DNA of 63,103 bases, filler included, from Octopus bimaculoides (GCF_001194135.2; 5 parts of 3 records of this genome joined end to end with filler, not necessarily neighbours in it); one strand, 5' to 3'. Counted from the first letter of the whole stretch, positions 1 through 12,213 are shown. The notes: generated by a model from the sequence alone, not told the origin. Numbers and translations are program-made.

Positions 1-1185
1 ATATATATATATATATACACACACACAGAATGAAAAAAGTATGTTCTATTATTATACACTGTTATTGTGCAAGCTCAATAAGTATCGACACTCCTTAATG
101 AAGACAAATATACACTTCCACCACCCATTACTCACACGATCCATTGTAGACAAAATAAAGAGTAATATTCAACCAAGAAGCATCAGTGAGTTATTTGATT
201 TCTTGTAGCCATCGTCTCTCTGTCTGCCGGTCTCTGTCTGCCTGTCTGTCTCTGTCCCTCTCTCACACACACACAAACACGTTTATACATGTATACATGC
301 ATACACACGTCATTGCACAAAAGATCAAAAGATGGTAAAGGTGAAGTTCTACACATGCTCTATTGCTATAAACTCCATTACTGTGTATGCTGTATTGCTA
401 TATTTTATTACAATGCTACCTTTAGCTTCTATGAACGGCTGGGTGCTTAAAATCGATCAAGTATCAAATATACGGAATACACCCGAGATCCAACCGACTC
501 TAAAGAAATTGCATTAACGAAACAGAATGGCGATGATAATTAGCAAGATTTACTTGTTTAAAGCTAATTAGTAACCTGTCCCTTTCTATTCCTCTCATTA
601 CGATACGTCAAACTCATTAGGTAACAAATGAGCTTAATTATTAATTTTCTCATCAATAAGATCAGTTGAATGACTTAGGTTATTACTAATATATAATCGA
701 TATCATAATACTAATCATCCCCCGTTGAATCAAATTAGGTCTTTTAAACAATAAAGAAACATTTTATTGTGTCATGTTTTGTCTTTTATTGCATTTTGCT
801 TCGTGGCGTTACACTAGAGTATAGCACAAATCCATCCATCCAGCTTTTCCGCTCACAAATGATTTTGACTCCTCAGGTACATTCTCCATAGGGTCCTATT
901 ATTACACTATCCCTGCTGGAATCCAAAGTATAACTAAATTCCCAAACTGAGACTATGGATGTGATCCAAATATAGACAGTACTTCTTTCTTTACGTCCTC
1001 GAACAGCGTTTCGGCAAAATAGATCGATAGACTATGCACCAAATCCATAATAAGTACTGGGTCGACGTCCTTGACTAACCCACGAACATCACCGTAGTGA
1101 GACAAATAAAAGAGATTGTGTCTGTGTGCGTACACACACAGACAGACACACGCATACGCACGCACGCACGCACGCACGCGCGCGC

Positions 1186-1413
1186 GGCGAGCTGGCAGAA
1201 ACGTGAGCACGCCGGGCGAAATGCTTAGCGGTATTTCGTCTGCCGCTACGTTCTGAGTTCAAATTCCGCCGAGGTCGACTTTGCCTTTCATCCTTTCGGG
1301 GTCGATTAAATAAGTACCAGTTACGCACTGGGGTCGATGTAATCGACTTAATCCCTTTGTCTGTCCTTGTTTGTCCCCTCTGTGTGTAGCCCATTGTGGG
1401 TAGTAAAGAAATA
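1186..1413 (+). mobile_element. SINE family A, tail-1 subfamily (tRNA-like head, central GGTCGATAAATAAGTACC core)
   Basis: Head ggcgagctggcagaa (A-box-like) and gagttcaaattcc (B-box-like), shared core, and 3' end gtctgtccttgtttg...gtgggtagtaaagaaataa. Same structure as 52252-52480. Confidence 0.85.
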
Positions 1414-1439
1414 ACACACACACACACACATATATATAA

Positions 1440-1870
1440 CTAAGTAACCGGAAACTATAAAAGTTACGGACGTTTCAACACTGGAAACTCTTCAGTAAAT
1501 AAACACAGCGTTGATGATATATTTACAACGATATTCCTATATCTGCATCACTCCCTGTAGTTCTTGACAGAGCATTGCAATATGGAATTGTCCAGGTGCA
1601 AATAAATCAATTGGCAAGAACAGGTCAATTTTATCCAATGCTCATTGTCTTAGAGATTTATTGATTGTCATTGCGAAAGACACTTAAGCAACCACACGAT
1701 GGAAGCGTGTAATGGTAGAACGGTGTCGGAAGTTGTCAATTTAATTCTTGGCACTACCACATGATTCCCATAATGTATAGCTTCAGTAATACACAGCTTC
1801 ACTCATACATTCCTGTGAATGAGTTACTGGAATTCTTGAACCATTTTGAGGTTCATTATTGGTATTTAAA
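1440..1870 (-). mobile_element. Helitron RepHel helicase C-terminal relic
   Basis: Minus-strand translation with frameshifts and stops gives NGSRIPVT..VVPRIKLTTSDTVLP..FAMTINKSLRQ*ALDKIDLFLP..GQFHIAM, matching PIF1-like helicase motifs (FAMTINKSQGQ, GQLYVA). An imperfect hairpin and TTAG near 1440-1470 may be the 3' terminus. Confidence 0.75.
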
Positions 1871-2050
1871 TTTCACAGCAGCATCACGACATTATCCCAT
1901 TCTCATTTGGTTCCGATCTCGTTGGAATTCTCCAATTATCACCTTTTCTTCGTCTTTTCCGTCTTCAGCTTCTTCCCTCTGTATTCGGTTGTTATATCGA
2001 TCACGTCATTGGCTGATCCGTACCCGTATTTTTTTTTCTTTCCGATCGTT

Positions 2051-2091
<41 letters not shown>

Positions 2092-2169
2092 AACGAGCTT
2101 GTGTACTACTTTCAATCAAGATGAAGTTGGAAACAGAAACAGAAATAATAATAGTAATAATAATCCTTT

Positions 2170-2310
2170 TTACTATAGGCACAAGGCTTGAAATTGGGAG
2201 AGGGGATAAGTCGATTACATTGACCCCAGTACGACCTCGAAAGGATGAAAGTCAAAGTCGACCTCGGAAGAATATAAACTCAAAGCGACGGACGACCAAC
2301 CGCTAAGCAC
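2170..2310 (-). mobile_element. SINE family A, tail-2, 5'-truncated with internal deletion
   Basis: Reverse complement ends gtgcctatagtaaaaaggattattact, the family tail. Confidence 0.75.
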
Positions 2311-3544
2311 CACCAGGGCAAAGGATAAGGGATTTAATACAAAAACAGACAAAGTGTGGCAGGGGTTTACATATAAAGAATTGATAGGGCAAAGAATGAA
2401 AGTATACACGATATAGAATAAAACAAAGGAAACGTGTACATAGTATACGACAGTAAAAAAAGGACGATTATAATGTTGTCCTGATTCAGGAGGACCTCTA
2501 GGGATAATTGAGGAACTCCACCGTCCAAGATCTCCCTGAACACCAAGGACAAGCGTCCTCTCCAATTCCTTTTCTCTGATTCATAGGTCTACACTTATAG
2601 TGGTACCATACACTCTTGCCATTTTCGCAACTTTCACCCGTGTTTCAATAAGTTCACTAGAGGACAACCCGTCTCTCTCCACCCTCAGTTTCCTTTTCGA
2701 GTGAAACTCGAAAAAACTGATGAGGCCTCTGCCATAGAGGCATGTCTCTGTTACCTTTCCTTTCAGCTTCTTCCACCCGGCAACCTATTTCGCCACAGTC
2801 ACCAAGCAAAGAAAAACTACCTTATCTGAACGAGTGCCTGCAGAAGTTTGGTCGCTCTGCGCGCACCAAAGACAAGCTCTTCTGACAGTATATCCGTACC
2901 TGTAGAGTTAATTTGAAACGTTAACGCCCCCTGTAGCACTGCCAGGCCAAAGACATCCGAAAATTAACCATGATAGTTCCCGACGGGAAAGTCCTTCGGA
3001 TCTGACTAGCCAGCTCATTTTCGTCGACGCCCAGAGTCCCCTCGTAAACGCCACTAATTCTCTATATACGTATTGCTAAAGCGGAACGGAACATTCACCG
3101 AACCCATTGCCTGACTGGTAGTGGGCTGTGAGTGCCTGACGGCATTCTAAATGCCAGATCCCGAGTCTAGGTCTTTTCCTCGCCCAAGACTGCAGCTCGG
3201 CCAAGGAGACGATTTGCGGAAAGACGTACCTCACAAACGGATCCCATACACGCTCACCTTCCAGAAATCGTTGCAGGTGGCACAACCCGAGTACGTGTCT
3301 GTGTGTCAGAAGCCGCGGCATGCCTAATCCGCCACTCAGAGGGTGCTGGCAGGAGATTGTCCGCTGACCACTGGAACGCGTATCTTCCCCAAGGAGTAAA
3401 ATAAGAGACGCTCCAATCTGGTCAAGCAGTAACCGGGACAAGGCACGACGGTCAGACAATAAATCATAACTGGGGCGATGTAAGCATTCACCACCTCTGC
3501 CTGACCTTTCAGGGATAGCTTTCTCACAGCCCATTTCTGAATAG
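2311..3544 (-). mobile_element. 5'-truncated L1/Tx1-like non-LTR retrotransposon (ORF2 3' part plus 3'UTR)
   Basis: RKLSLKGQAEVVNAYIAPVMIYCLTVVPCP..LERLLF and CQHPLSGGLGMP are typical of post-RT L1/Tx1 ORF2. Disrupted by frameshifts. Homologous to 43284-44344. Confidence 0.85.
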
Positions 3545-3976
3545 ATCCTTTCTAGTGTACGCACAAGGTCTGAAATTTGAGGGGAGGAGGTTAGTCAATT
3601 ACATCGACTCTAGTGCTCGATTGGTACTTATTTTATCAACCCCAAGTGTAGACCTATAAGAAAGGCAAAGTCAGCCTCGGCGGAGTTTGAACACAGAACG
3701 TAAAGACGGACGAAATACCGCTAAGCGTCATGCCCGACGTGCTAACAGTTCTGCCAGCTCATAATAATGGTTTCAAATTTTGGCACAAGGCCAGTAATTT
3801 CGGAGGAGGAGTAAATCGATTATATAGACCACCAGTGCACAACTGGTACTTGATTTATTTACCCTGAAAGTATGAAACGTAAAGTCGACCTCAACGGAAT
3901 TTGAACTCAGAACATAAAGACTGACGAAATAGCGATAAACATTTTGTCCGGCGTGCTAACAATTCTGCCAGCTCGC
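3545..3976 (-). mobile_element. Two head-to-tail SINE family A copies (3545-3760 and 3761-3976)
   Basis: Each carries the head (gagctggcagaa) and core on the minus strand. The 3545 copy lacks its (ATT)n tail and abuts the Tx1 fragment. Confidence 0.85.
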
Positions 3977-5391
3977 AATGATAAAAATACTGTCTTGTCA
4001 AGTATTTCTTTGCAATTACTGAGCATGATTTGAGATCAAGATGGTTCACTCTATGTATCCTTGCATAGGTATATAATGAAGCTACACGATCTACAATTTT
4101 CAGGCATTGAGTGGGAAAACCCAAGGATCGGACTGAGTATGAAAATTATCAACAAACTCTAAAAGAACACAAGCGAAATTGCCAATATGATAATTTCGGT
4201 AATTCCTGTTCCCTCGATCCATTTGTTAAATTTCAAACACATACTTAAAAGTCGGATATTTCTGGCCTTTATTAATAGCTTATTTTCCGTCCTGTTAAGA
4301 TGCCAGAAAGCTTATCAAAAGGTAAACAGCATATTTCGATTTCTTCATCGCTTGTTGTCGTTTACACCTGGAGAGATTCTTGAAGAGGTAATCAAATCAT
4401 TGTCAAATCACATCCGGAAAATTAGAGAGAAAATTCTCTGTGAAGAATTTGTGCAGTTTACATAATTATTTAAAAACTGATTTGGCTTCTCGTATTGGCA
4501 CCAAACAAATTACAGATTTACCATTTCAGAAATGGTAAATTGTTCATCGATTATCTTATCGATCTTTTACTTGTTTCAGTCATTCGACTGTGGCCATACT
4601 GGGGCATTGACTTGAAGGGTCTTAGACAAACAAATTGTTAGCTGTACTTACTTTTTTTTTTTTTTTAAGTCTGACTGTTATTCTGTCGATGTCTTATGCC
4701 GAACTGCTATGTTACGGAGACATAAACAAACCAACACAGGTTGTCAAGTGATGATGGGGAACGAACAACAAACGCAAAGACACACACATAGAGATGCATA
4801 AACACATACACACACACACACATGTATATACATACATATACATACATATATATATATATATACATACATACATACATATTTATATATATACAAACACGAC
4901 GAACGTCTTCCAGTTTCCGTTTAATAAATCTATTCACAAGGTTTTGGTTGGCCTGGGACTATAGTAGGAAACACTTGTCCACAGTACCGCATCGTGGAAC
5001 TGAACTCGGAACCGCATGGATGGGAAGCAACCTTTTTTGTCCACACAACCACGCGTATAAAGACCTGTTTTTTNNNNNNNNNNNNNNNNNNNNNNNNNNN
5101 NNNNNNNNNNNNNNNNNNNNNNNNNNNNNNNNNNNNNNNNNNNNNNNNNNNNNNNNNNNNNNNNNNNNNNNNNNNNNNNNNNNNNNNNNNNNNNNNNNNN
5201 NNNNNNNNNNNNNNNNNNNNNNNNNNNNNNNNNNNNNNNNNNNNNNNNNNNNNNNNNNNNNNNNNNNNNNNNNNNNNNNNNNNNNNNNNNNNNNNNNNNN
5301 NNNNNNNNNNNNNNNNNNNNNNNNNNNNNNNNNNNNNNNNNNNNNNNNNNNNNNNNNNNNNNNNNNNNNNNNNNNNNNNNNNNNNNNNNNN

Positions 5392-5685
5392 TTATTGAGC
5401 GAAAACACCTAAGGCTCCACGAGGCTCCCGCAGGGGATGGTGGCGAACCCTGCTCTACTCTTCCACCACAACTTTCTCTCACTCTTACTTCCTGTTTCTG
5501 TTGTGCCTGTAATTCAAAGGGTCAGCCTTGTCACACTGTGTTACGCTGAATATCCCTGAGAACTACGTTAAGGGTACACGTGTCTGTGGAGTGCTCAGCC
5601 ACTTGCACGTTAATTTCACGAGCAGGCTGTTCCGTTGATCGCATCAACTGGAACCCTCGTCGTCGTAAGCGACGGAGTGCCAACA
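5392..5685 (+). mobile_element. SINE family B, 5' end lost in gap
   Basis: Near-identical to 14425-14808 and 33900-34285; ends cgacggagtgccaaca. Confidence 0.9.
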
Positions 5686-6952
5686 TTTTCAACATTATAT
5701 GCCGAACTGCTGTCTAACTAATCGTACCTGGATTTGGGATGTGGTCGCGGGAATGGACAAAATTATGAATGAAATGTTTTCTGAGACGCTCAAGCATCAA
5801 GAAAGATTAAATAAACGCTTAAATTATGTGTATGAATATATATATATGTGTGTGTGTGTGTGGTGGCTTGTACATATCTTTTATTCATTTACTTGTTTCG
5901 CCTTAAAAGATTTAATCAAATAGTCGCACCAAGTCCCACTCTTTACGCCCACTACTTATCTTTTTTCGTCACATTTAAGTTACTTAGACGTAGTTTGTAT
6001 GTGTGTGTGCGTGTGTCCCCGCTTTTCTGTTATTGTTTGTAACCCCCCAGCATTGCCTGATGACCGGTGTTAGCTCATTTACGTCCCAGTAACAATAGAA
6101 TAAGTGCCAAAAACTAATAAAACATTAAATATATAAGCACACACACACACACATATAAAATGGGCTTCCGTACAGTTTCCGACTACCGAATTCACTCACA
6201 AACCGTTGGTCGGCGGGGGTCTATAGTATAAGTCACTTGCCCAAGGTAGCGCACGATGGGATTGAACTTGAAACCCCGTGGCTGCAAATCGACCTTTTTA
6301 ACCATATAGCTATGTATGTGTGTGTGTGTGTGTGTGTGTGTATAAATATGTGTGTATGCATGTATGTATGTGTATACGTTTGCATGTATGTATATTTACA
6401 CGTGAGCAGACTGTATTATACAACAGGAAGCGAGCGTAAAAACATGTGGATATTATTATTATTGCTGTTGCAGAGGTGGCAGAATCTGCCTCACATCCCT
6501 TCAGATTTGATAAAATAAATACCAGTAATACACTATGAGTGATGTAATCGACTTTCCCTCCCCTCAAAAACAGCTGGCTCCGTGCCAAAATTTGAAGCTA
6601 TTATTATTATTTGTTGCTGTTGTTGTTGTTAATCCACCGCTCAGTTTGATCAAGCAAAACAAAAATTATCTAAGGCGTTCCAGTCGTGGCCATCCCATTT
6701 TCTCTTATAGAATCGCATTATCCAACGTGTCTTATAATTTTCTCCCATGAACATGTGTCACTTGAAGGAGATCTAGGTGATATATGTCGAGCGAGCATGT
6801 GTATAATTTGCAGGCGTGCACATTTGTATGTTGAACTACAAGTTCTACGAATGTGCACATGTGTATAATATGCACATATGCACGCGCATGCAATATACGC
6901 CACGTGAATATTATTTAGTATGCGCCTACGCTCATGCAGTATATGCAGATAT

Positions 6953-7248
6953 AGGCGCTGGCGTGGCTGTGAAACTAAGAAGCTTGCTTCCCGAACATGT
7001 GGTCCTGGGTTCAGCTCCACAGTGTGGCGCTTTGCTCATGTGTTTTCTACCCCAGCATCAGGCCGACCAAAGTCTTGTGATAAGCCCTAATGATTGATAT
7101 AAATTTTAATTCAATACCTGTCTAATGCTATTTTAGGTGTGCAACCGCCTATATTATTATTGTTGTTATTATTATCAACTGTTTATATCACCACAGATAA
7201 TAATAATAATAATACCTATATAGATATTCACTCCTGACTATTTGCTCC

Positions 7249-7314
<66 letters not shown>

Positions 7315-7468
7315 GCGAGGGGGGAGGGTTCAAAAGTTCCTGTCTTTGGGTAAAAAAAACAAAAAATACGGGTGGATCAGTTTTTCTAAGCCCTCTAAAA
7401 GGAGCTCGGAAGGTTGGGCCTCCGACCAGCACCTTCGCGACACCCTTAAAATCAGGAGCCCACTTGCA

Positions 7469-7522
<54 letters not shown>

Positions 7523-7750
7523 TGTGAGCGTGTGTGTGTGTGTGTGTGTGTGTGTCTTTGTTTGGCTCACACCACCACTTGACAACCGGTGTTGGTTTGT
7601 TTACGACTACGTAACTCAACAATTCTTCAGCGAAAGAGAACGATGAAATAAACGCCAGGTTTTAAAGAAAATTCTAAGCAATGGGGTCGGTTTGTTCGAC
7701 TAAACCCAGCATGGCCGGAATCCAATGACTGAAACAAGTACAAGATAAAA
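6953..7750 (+). mobile_element. CORE-type SINE family C pieces (5' part 6953-7085, 3' part about 7570-7750) separated by other sequence and microsatellites
   Basis: tRNA-like head ggcgtggctgtg..gggttcagctcc and 3' module accacttgacaaccggtgttgg..ccagcatggcc..gactgaaacaagta are shared with 51672-52035 and 59700-60060. Confidence 0.65.
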
Positions 7751-8419
7751 GACAGACAGACAGACAGACAGATATGTGTGCATGTATTTATATGGAAAAT
7801 GTTGACAGTGATTCCGAAGTATCAGGACGCTTGCAAGCGCGCGTGTGTGTGTGTGTGTGTGTATACGAATAAATATATGTGCGAGGAGGTACACGTGTGT
7901 TGGTATGTGTGTGTGTGTGCGCATGTCTGTGTGTGCATGCGTGCATTGCATCTATATTTGAGCTAAAATATATACGGGTAGACGGCAGTCCAAACGGATG
8001 TCTGCGCTGTCTGCTCTGGTGGAAGCGATGCGAAGACAGAAACATTAAACTGGATATTGGTGTGTAACCATGGTACCGAAGGAATGGTGTGGTTACAAAA
8101 GTACAACACACACGCACACACACACACACATACACACACACGCATACACACACAGCCACACACACACACACACACATACAAACTCAGACACATACAGATG
8201 TATGTACATATGTACATGCGTAATACAAGAAACAAGACATACAGTAAACATACGTATGTACGCATTTACATACATGTATATATTTGTGTGTATATATACA
8301 TATGCATATATATATATGTGTATATATTATATATGATAAACATACACACGCACACATATATACATATATATATGTGTGTGTGTGTGTGTGTGTATGTATA
8401 AAAGTATATCATATATGTT

Positions 8420-8462
<43 letters not shown>

Positions 8463-8837
8463 GCATGTGCATGTGTGTCTGTATGTAATCATTTAAAAAC
8501 ATAGACATACATTTTATATTTACAACTATGTCTGTGGTGTGCATATCTATCTATCTATTTTTAGATAGATAGATAGATGTACATGTCTGTGTTTGTAAAT
8601 ACATGTATATGCTTGCATACATACATGCACACATACGTCAAACATATATACATGCATACTCACACGCATACACATATATTTGCACATACGTATTAGCATA
8701 TACGCATATATATGCATACAACGATGCATGCATGCAACCATACGAGCATACATATACATCCATGTACATACGTATATATTCACTGATCTATATCTTTATC
8801 TATCTATCTATCTATCTATCTATATATNNNNNNNNNN

Positions 8838-8879
<42 letters not shown>

Positions 8880-8958
8880 CATATCTATATATGTTATGTA
8901 TACACACGCACATATTTATACCTACATACATAAACACACAAAATCCACTGTGACTTAC

Positions 8959-9175
8959 CTGCGACCATTCGAGTCCCGATAATTGCATCGAGGTTGACAG
9001 AGCGGTGCACGCGACTGAAAAACTCCATCGCCCTTCTCAGCGAGTCCAGTGTTCGAACAAGCATCGATGTTAATCTGTCCGTGGGTAGTGTTTCGAGTCC
9101 TGTAGAGTGTAACTGTGGCTCTCCTCGACACAGGGTCGCTGTGAGGGCTACCAAGAACAATACCGGTAAAGACAT
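8959..9175 (-). CDS. C16orf89: First coding exon of a secreted UPF0764/C16orf89-like protein
   Basis: Reads MSLPVLFLVALTATLCRG (signal peptide) EPQLHSTGLETLPTDRLTSMLVRTLDSLRRAMEFFSRVHRSVNLDAIIGTRMVA(G), then a canonical G|GTAAGT donor at 8958 (217 nt, phase 1). LDSLRRAMEFF..VNLDAIIGTRMV resembles the recalled human C16orf89 segment LSALERATVFL..INLDGMVGVRVL. In-frame upstream ATGs and an acceptor-like ctccctag lie near 9255. No downstream exon recognised in the window. Confidence 0.75.
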
Positions 9176-9561
9176 TTGAATTTGTTGGCGGGCGGCTTTA
9201 CAACAGCATGGCTTCATCGTTAACGATGGTGTTGTGATGAGCATCATGACCTCTAGGGAGATATGACTACGTGCGTTTATGTGTGAATCTAATTATATAT
9301 GTGTGTACGTCTCTTTGTCTATATATAAATGTGTTTTTATTTTTGTATGTGTGTGTGTATGTTTGTGTTTGTATGTGTTGTGTGTATGTTTGTGTTTGTA
9401 TGTGTTGTGTCTGTGTTTGCTTGTAAGCCTGTCTGTATGAGTGTGTATGTATGTATATATGAATATATGCACAAATGTGTATGTATGTGTGATGTCTGTA
9501 AATGTGTTCGTAGGGGANNNNNNNNNNNNNNNNNNNNNNNNNNNNNNNNNNNNNNNNNNNN

Positions 9562-9573
9562 TTAATTAATTAA
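9562..9573. other. Assembly linker TTAATTAATTAA between N runs (also 18170-18181, 28711-28722, 47639-47650)
   Basis: The identical 12-mer (stops in all six frames) is flanked by about 44 N on each side four times. Confidence 0.95.
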
Positions 9574-9834
9574 NNNNNNNNNNNNNNNNNNNNNNNNNNN
9601 NNNNNNNNNNNNNNNNNATTCGTTTTAAAGAATATGGCTAGGAACGAGGAAGATATGTTTGAATTTTTGGAAATAAGGCTCTAAATAGAGCTATTTCCGA
9701 TTTGAAAAATATATGTTCACGAAGTATTTTGTGTTATACACAACTTATACAAAATTTTAAAACAAAATAGGTCTTTTAAGAGGTGAAAGATGCAACTTAC
9801 ATGGGAGCCGATGTGTCTACCGTCCGTCCATGAT

Positions 9835-9909
<75 letters not shown>

Positions 9910-9913
9910 GTAG

Positions 9914-10125
9914 GCCTCCGAGTTGAGGCTGAGGCCGCGTGGGAAGATGAATGGAGGCATAATGTCGTCATCACTAGTGATCACTCGAAACACCAGGATG
10001 TTGACTGGAACTTTGATTTTTATTACTCTCGGTACATGTTCTCAGATTGCACTATCCTCACATCGACACCCAAGCATTCTGAAATGTTCGCATTGGAGCT
10101 ACTGGCGCAAATGCCAATCAGCACA
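9914..10125 (+). CDS. Candidate internal exon, possibly ENPP/alkaline-phosphatase-superfamily-like
   Basis: tgtag|GC..ACA|gtatgt brackets 212 nt open in one frame: GLRVEAEAAWEDEWRHNVVITSDHSKHQDVDWNFDFYYSRYMFSDCTILTSTP... NVVITSDH resembles the ENPP NVIITSDHG motif. The acceptor has no polypyrimidine tract (it follows (GATA)n). Confidence 0.3.
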
Positions 10126-11332
10126 GTATGTCCTTTTCGAATTTCTGGCAGAGTGATTTGCGTCATAGTGGTGTTTTTCTCACAGACGATGCCCAACTGA
10201 CCCTACTATACTGTGTAGTCGACACAATCAAAAACGAAGAATGTGTGCGTGTGAAATAAAAAAAATATAAGATGGCGACAATTTATCCATCGCACACTGT
10301 ATATACATATATACACATATAAACACATACATATACACACATATGCATGTATATGTGTATTTATATATATATATATATACATATATATNNNNNNNNNNNN
10401 NNNNNNNNNNNNNNNNNNNNNNNNNNNNNNNNNNNNNNNNNNNNNNNNNNNNNNNNNNNNNNNNNNNNNNNNNNNNNNNNNNNNNNNNNNNNNNNNNNNN
10501 NNNNNNNNNNNNNNNNNNNNNNNNNNNNNNNNNNNNNNNNNNNNNNNNNNNNNNNNNNNNNNNNNNNNNNNNNNNNNNNNNNNNNNNNNNNNNNNNNNNN
10601 NNNNNNNNNNNNNNNNNNNNNNNNNNNNNNNNNNNNNNNNNNNNNNNNNNNNNNNNNNNNNNNNNNNNNNNNNNNNNNNNNNNNNNNNNNNNNNNNNNNN
10701 NNNNNNNNNNCTGCAATTGTGAGAAAAAAAAGTTAAATGATTAGACATCATATGAAAACATATAATTGAAAAATATAAAACGTAGTTGTATCTAATTATG
10801 ATTTAAGAAATGTATGAAACATATTTCCTGGTTTTAATCTATTCGCAATCTAAATAAATGAAATATGTTCAGTTGAATGAATCTCCCAAATATTGAATAA
10901 TATGGTTATGTGCAATGCCGAGTATTAAATGCTATAGCGATGACGACGACAACGACGAAGATGATGAGGATGATGATGATGACAACGATGAAAACGATGA
11001 TGAATTTTCTGAAAAAAAAAAAAACCCTGATGTTTTGTGGATGTTTGATTGTTTCTTATTTTTAATTAATAATTTCAAGGAATTGGTTGTAAAATATCTG
11101 TTAAAGAGGATTTAATTTAATTCTGGTTTTCTAACTGCCTTCACGATCATCAACATCATCGTCATAATTGCTTTATGTCTCTCCTCCACTTCCTCTTTCT
11201 GTTCCTCCTTCACCTCTTCATCATTATCATCATGAATAGCAGCATTATCATTACAATCATCAACATCATCCTCATCCGTTTCGTCTTAATCTTCTCTATC
11301 GTCGCAATCACCGTTGTCCATTCATGTTTGCA

Positions 11333-11369
<37 letters not shown>

Positions 11370-11717
11370 ACACGTATATGTCTACGCGTTTGTCCGAATA
11401 GATATGTATGTATGCGTGTACATATGTTTGCACGTGTCTATGCATGTCTATATGAACATATGATGGTACGTATGTGCATATATGTATGTATATGTATGTG
11501 TATGTACGTACTTATGTATGTATGTATGTATGTACGTATGTTTACGTGTGTATATGTATGTGTATGTATGTATGTAAGTACATATGTGTGCGTATTTATG
11601 TATGTACGCTTGTATGGATGTTTTAGAAACTATGATTTTTACCAGGGCTGGATTAAGACCCTCAGAACCCTAATCACTTGAAACATTTTGGTGCCCCAAA
11701 TATATGTAATTTTGAAT

Positions 11718-12106
11718 GTTTGTTGTTGTTGGCACTCCGTCGCATACGACGTCGAGGGTTCCAGTTGATCCGATCAACAGAACAGCCTGCTCCTGAAATT
11801 AACGTGCAAGTGGCTGAGCACTCCACAGACACGTGTACCCTTAACGTAGTTCTCAGGGATATTCAGCGTGACACAGTGTGACAAGGCTGACCCTTTGAAT
11901 TACAGGCACAACAGAAACAGTAAGTAAGAGTGAGAGAAAGTTGTGGTGAAAGAGTAGAGCAGGATTCACCACAATCCCCTGCCGGAGCCTCGTGGAGCTT
12001 TAGGTATTTTCGCTCAATAATCACTCACAACGCCCGGTCTGGGAATCGAAACCGCGATCGTATGACCACGAGTCCGCGGCCCTAACCACTGGGCCATTGC
12101 GCCTCC
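11718..12106 (-). mobile_element. Full-length SINE family B with 10-bp TSD
   Basis: tRNA-like head ggaggcgcaatggcccagtgg..ggtttcgattccc, (CAA)n tail, and TSD AATTTTGAAT at 11708-11717 and 12107-12116. Confidence 0.92.
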
Positions 12107-12213
12107 AATTTTGAATACAAGCAATTTATAAGCATTAAGGTAAATTTTCAGTTTTCAAAATAAAACAAAACTAACAAGATGGTAATTAATGTTTGTTTTG
12201 GTATGCTTCAACA

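Noticed and set aside
953-1100. Coding-looking stretch VKDVDPVLIMDLVHSLSIYFAETLFEDVKKEVL as C16orf89 exon 2
   Set aside because: It has no similarity to the expected exon-2 sequence, a weak acceptor, and an early stop.
1445-1500. Hammerhead-like CTGAAGAG..GAAAC on the minus strand
   Set aside because: Stem I cannot form, and the segment is better explained as the end of the Helitron relic.
4000-4470. 92-aa ORF or possible transposase fragment
   Set aside because: No recognisable motif or splice structure in any frame.
9562-9573. Recurrent TTAATTAATTAA motif as a biological signal
   Set aside because: It is always embedded in N runs of similar length, so it is a scaffolding linker.
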